Shown: piece by piece, positions 63,511-64,000 of the stretch
Numbering within the stretch: position 1 is the stretch's first letter
Layout of the letters: every line of letters starts with the position of its first letter
DNA from: Hydrolagus colliei
Lineage: Eukaryota
Direction: 5' to 3'
Length of the DNA: 64,000 nt
Assembly: GCA_035084275.1 (NCBI GenBank)
Contig: CM068755.1
Span: forward strand, 12,772,001 to 12,836,000
Program-made: the position numbers and the translations under genes
Notes under the pieces: generated by a model
The model's input: only the letters and a program-made list of their open reading frames with translations
Databases searched by the model: none
What the model was told of the DNA's origin: nothing

Positions 63511-64000
63511 GGAATCATAAATATAAGTGGTCAAAGCTGAGAAGGACAGAATGGAATCAGGTAGCATTGTAAATTGCTGTCCATATGTGGAATTATGGTG
63601 GCAAATGTATTCCAGAAATGAAACACTGTACAATTTTCACATTTTGAGTGAAAATGTATTTGCAGACAGGTCAGTTGGATCACAGCGATGAACTCTGATC
63701 CACCCGGAAGTAGATAACAGAGTTCCCGTGGGTCAGCAGGAGGCAGTTTCTCTTATCGTCAGGAGCTGCTAATTACAACTCAGAGTCACTGTTGTGACTC
63801 TGATTATGAATCGTCGCATAATTAGACCCCCATGTCCTGCCCTGGACTCAAATCAAAGATGTACAAGCACTGACATATGGTTAATTTTTAAGCTGTCTGG
63901 TCTTGGGTTTAATAATAAAGTGGGTGGCCAGGAACAGTGAAGGCTGTGTCTAAAGGGCAGCACATTGTCTTATTAGTCTAAAGTGACTTAATTGGGAGAG

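Noticed and set aside
1-64000. A novel multi-gene or prokaryote-style system
   Set aside because: The window has no gene-dense region, operon, long ORF or spacer array. All recognisable coding similarity is transposon-derived. Short host exons could still have been missed by eye.

Overview
This is AT-rich vertebrate non-coding DNA, either a large intron or a gene desert. The repeat families (Deu-domain SacSINE1-like SINEs, a younger tRNA-Val/Ala-headed SINE with an (ATT)n tail, L2 with a (GTT)n tail, CR1, RTE, Tigger) point to a cartilaginous fish, possibly a chimaera; this is inferred from recalled consensus sequences, not from a search. I found no host protein-coding exon, rRNA, true tRNA or CRISPR array. 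The only ORFs with recognisable protein similarity are transposon remnants: L2 ORF2 (37.1-37.7, 38.6-38.8 and 63.2-63.5 kb), a Tigger/pogo transposase N-terminus (45.4-45.8 kb), CR1 ORF2 (48.2-48.5 kb) and probably RTE (19.9 and 24.3 kb). The clearest structure is at 44.8-46.9 kb, where two adjacent SINEs are each split in the 3' tail by a TA-targeting DNA transposon with intact TIRs and TSDs. Repeat-free, motif-dense blocks between the repeats look like conserved enhancers, and some carry clusters of nuclear-receptor DR1 sites. I see no convincing evidence for a wholly new biological system; the findings are modest and mostly concern transposon architecture and candidate regulatory DNA.
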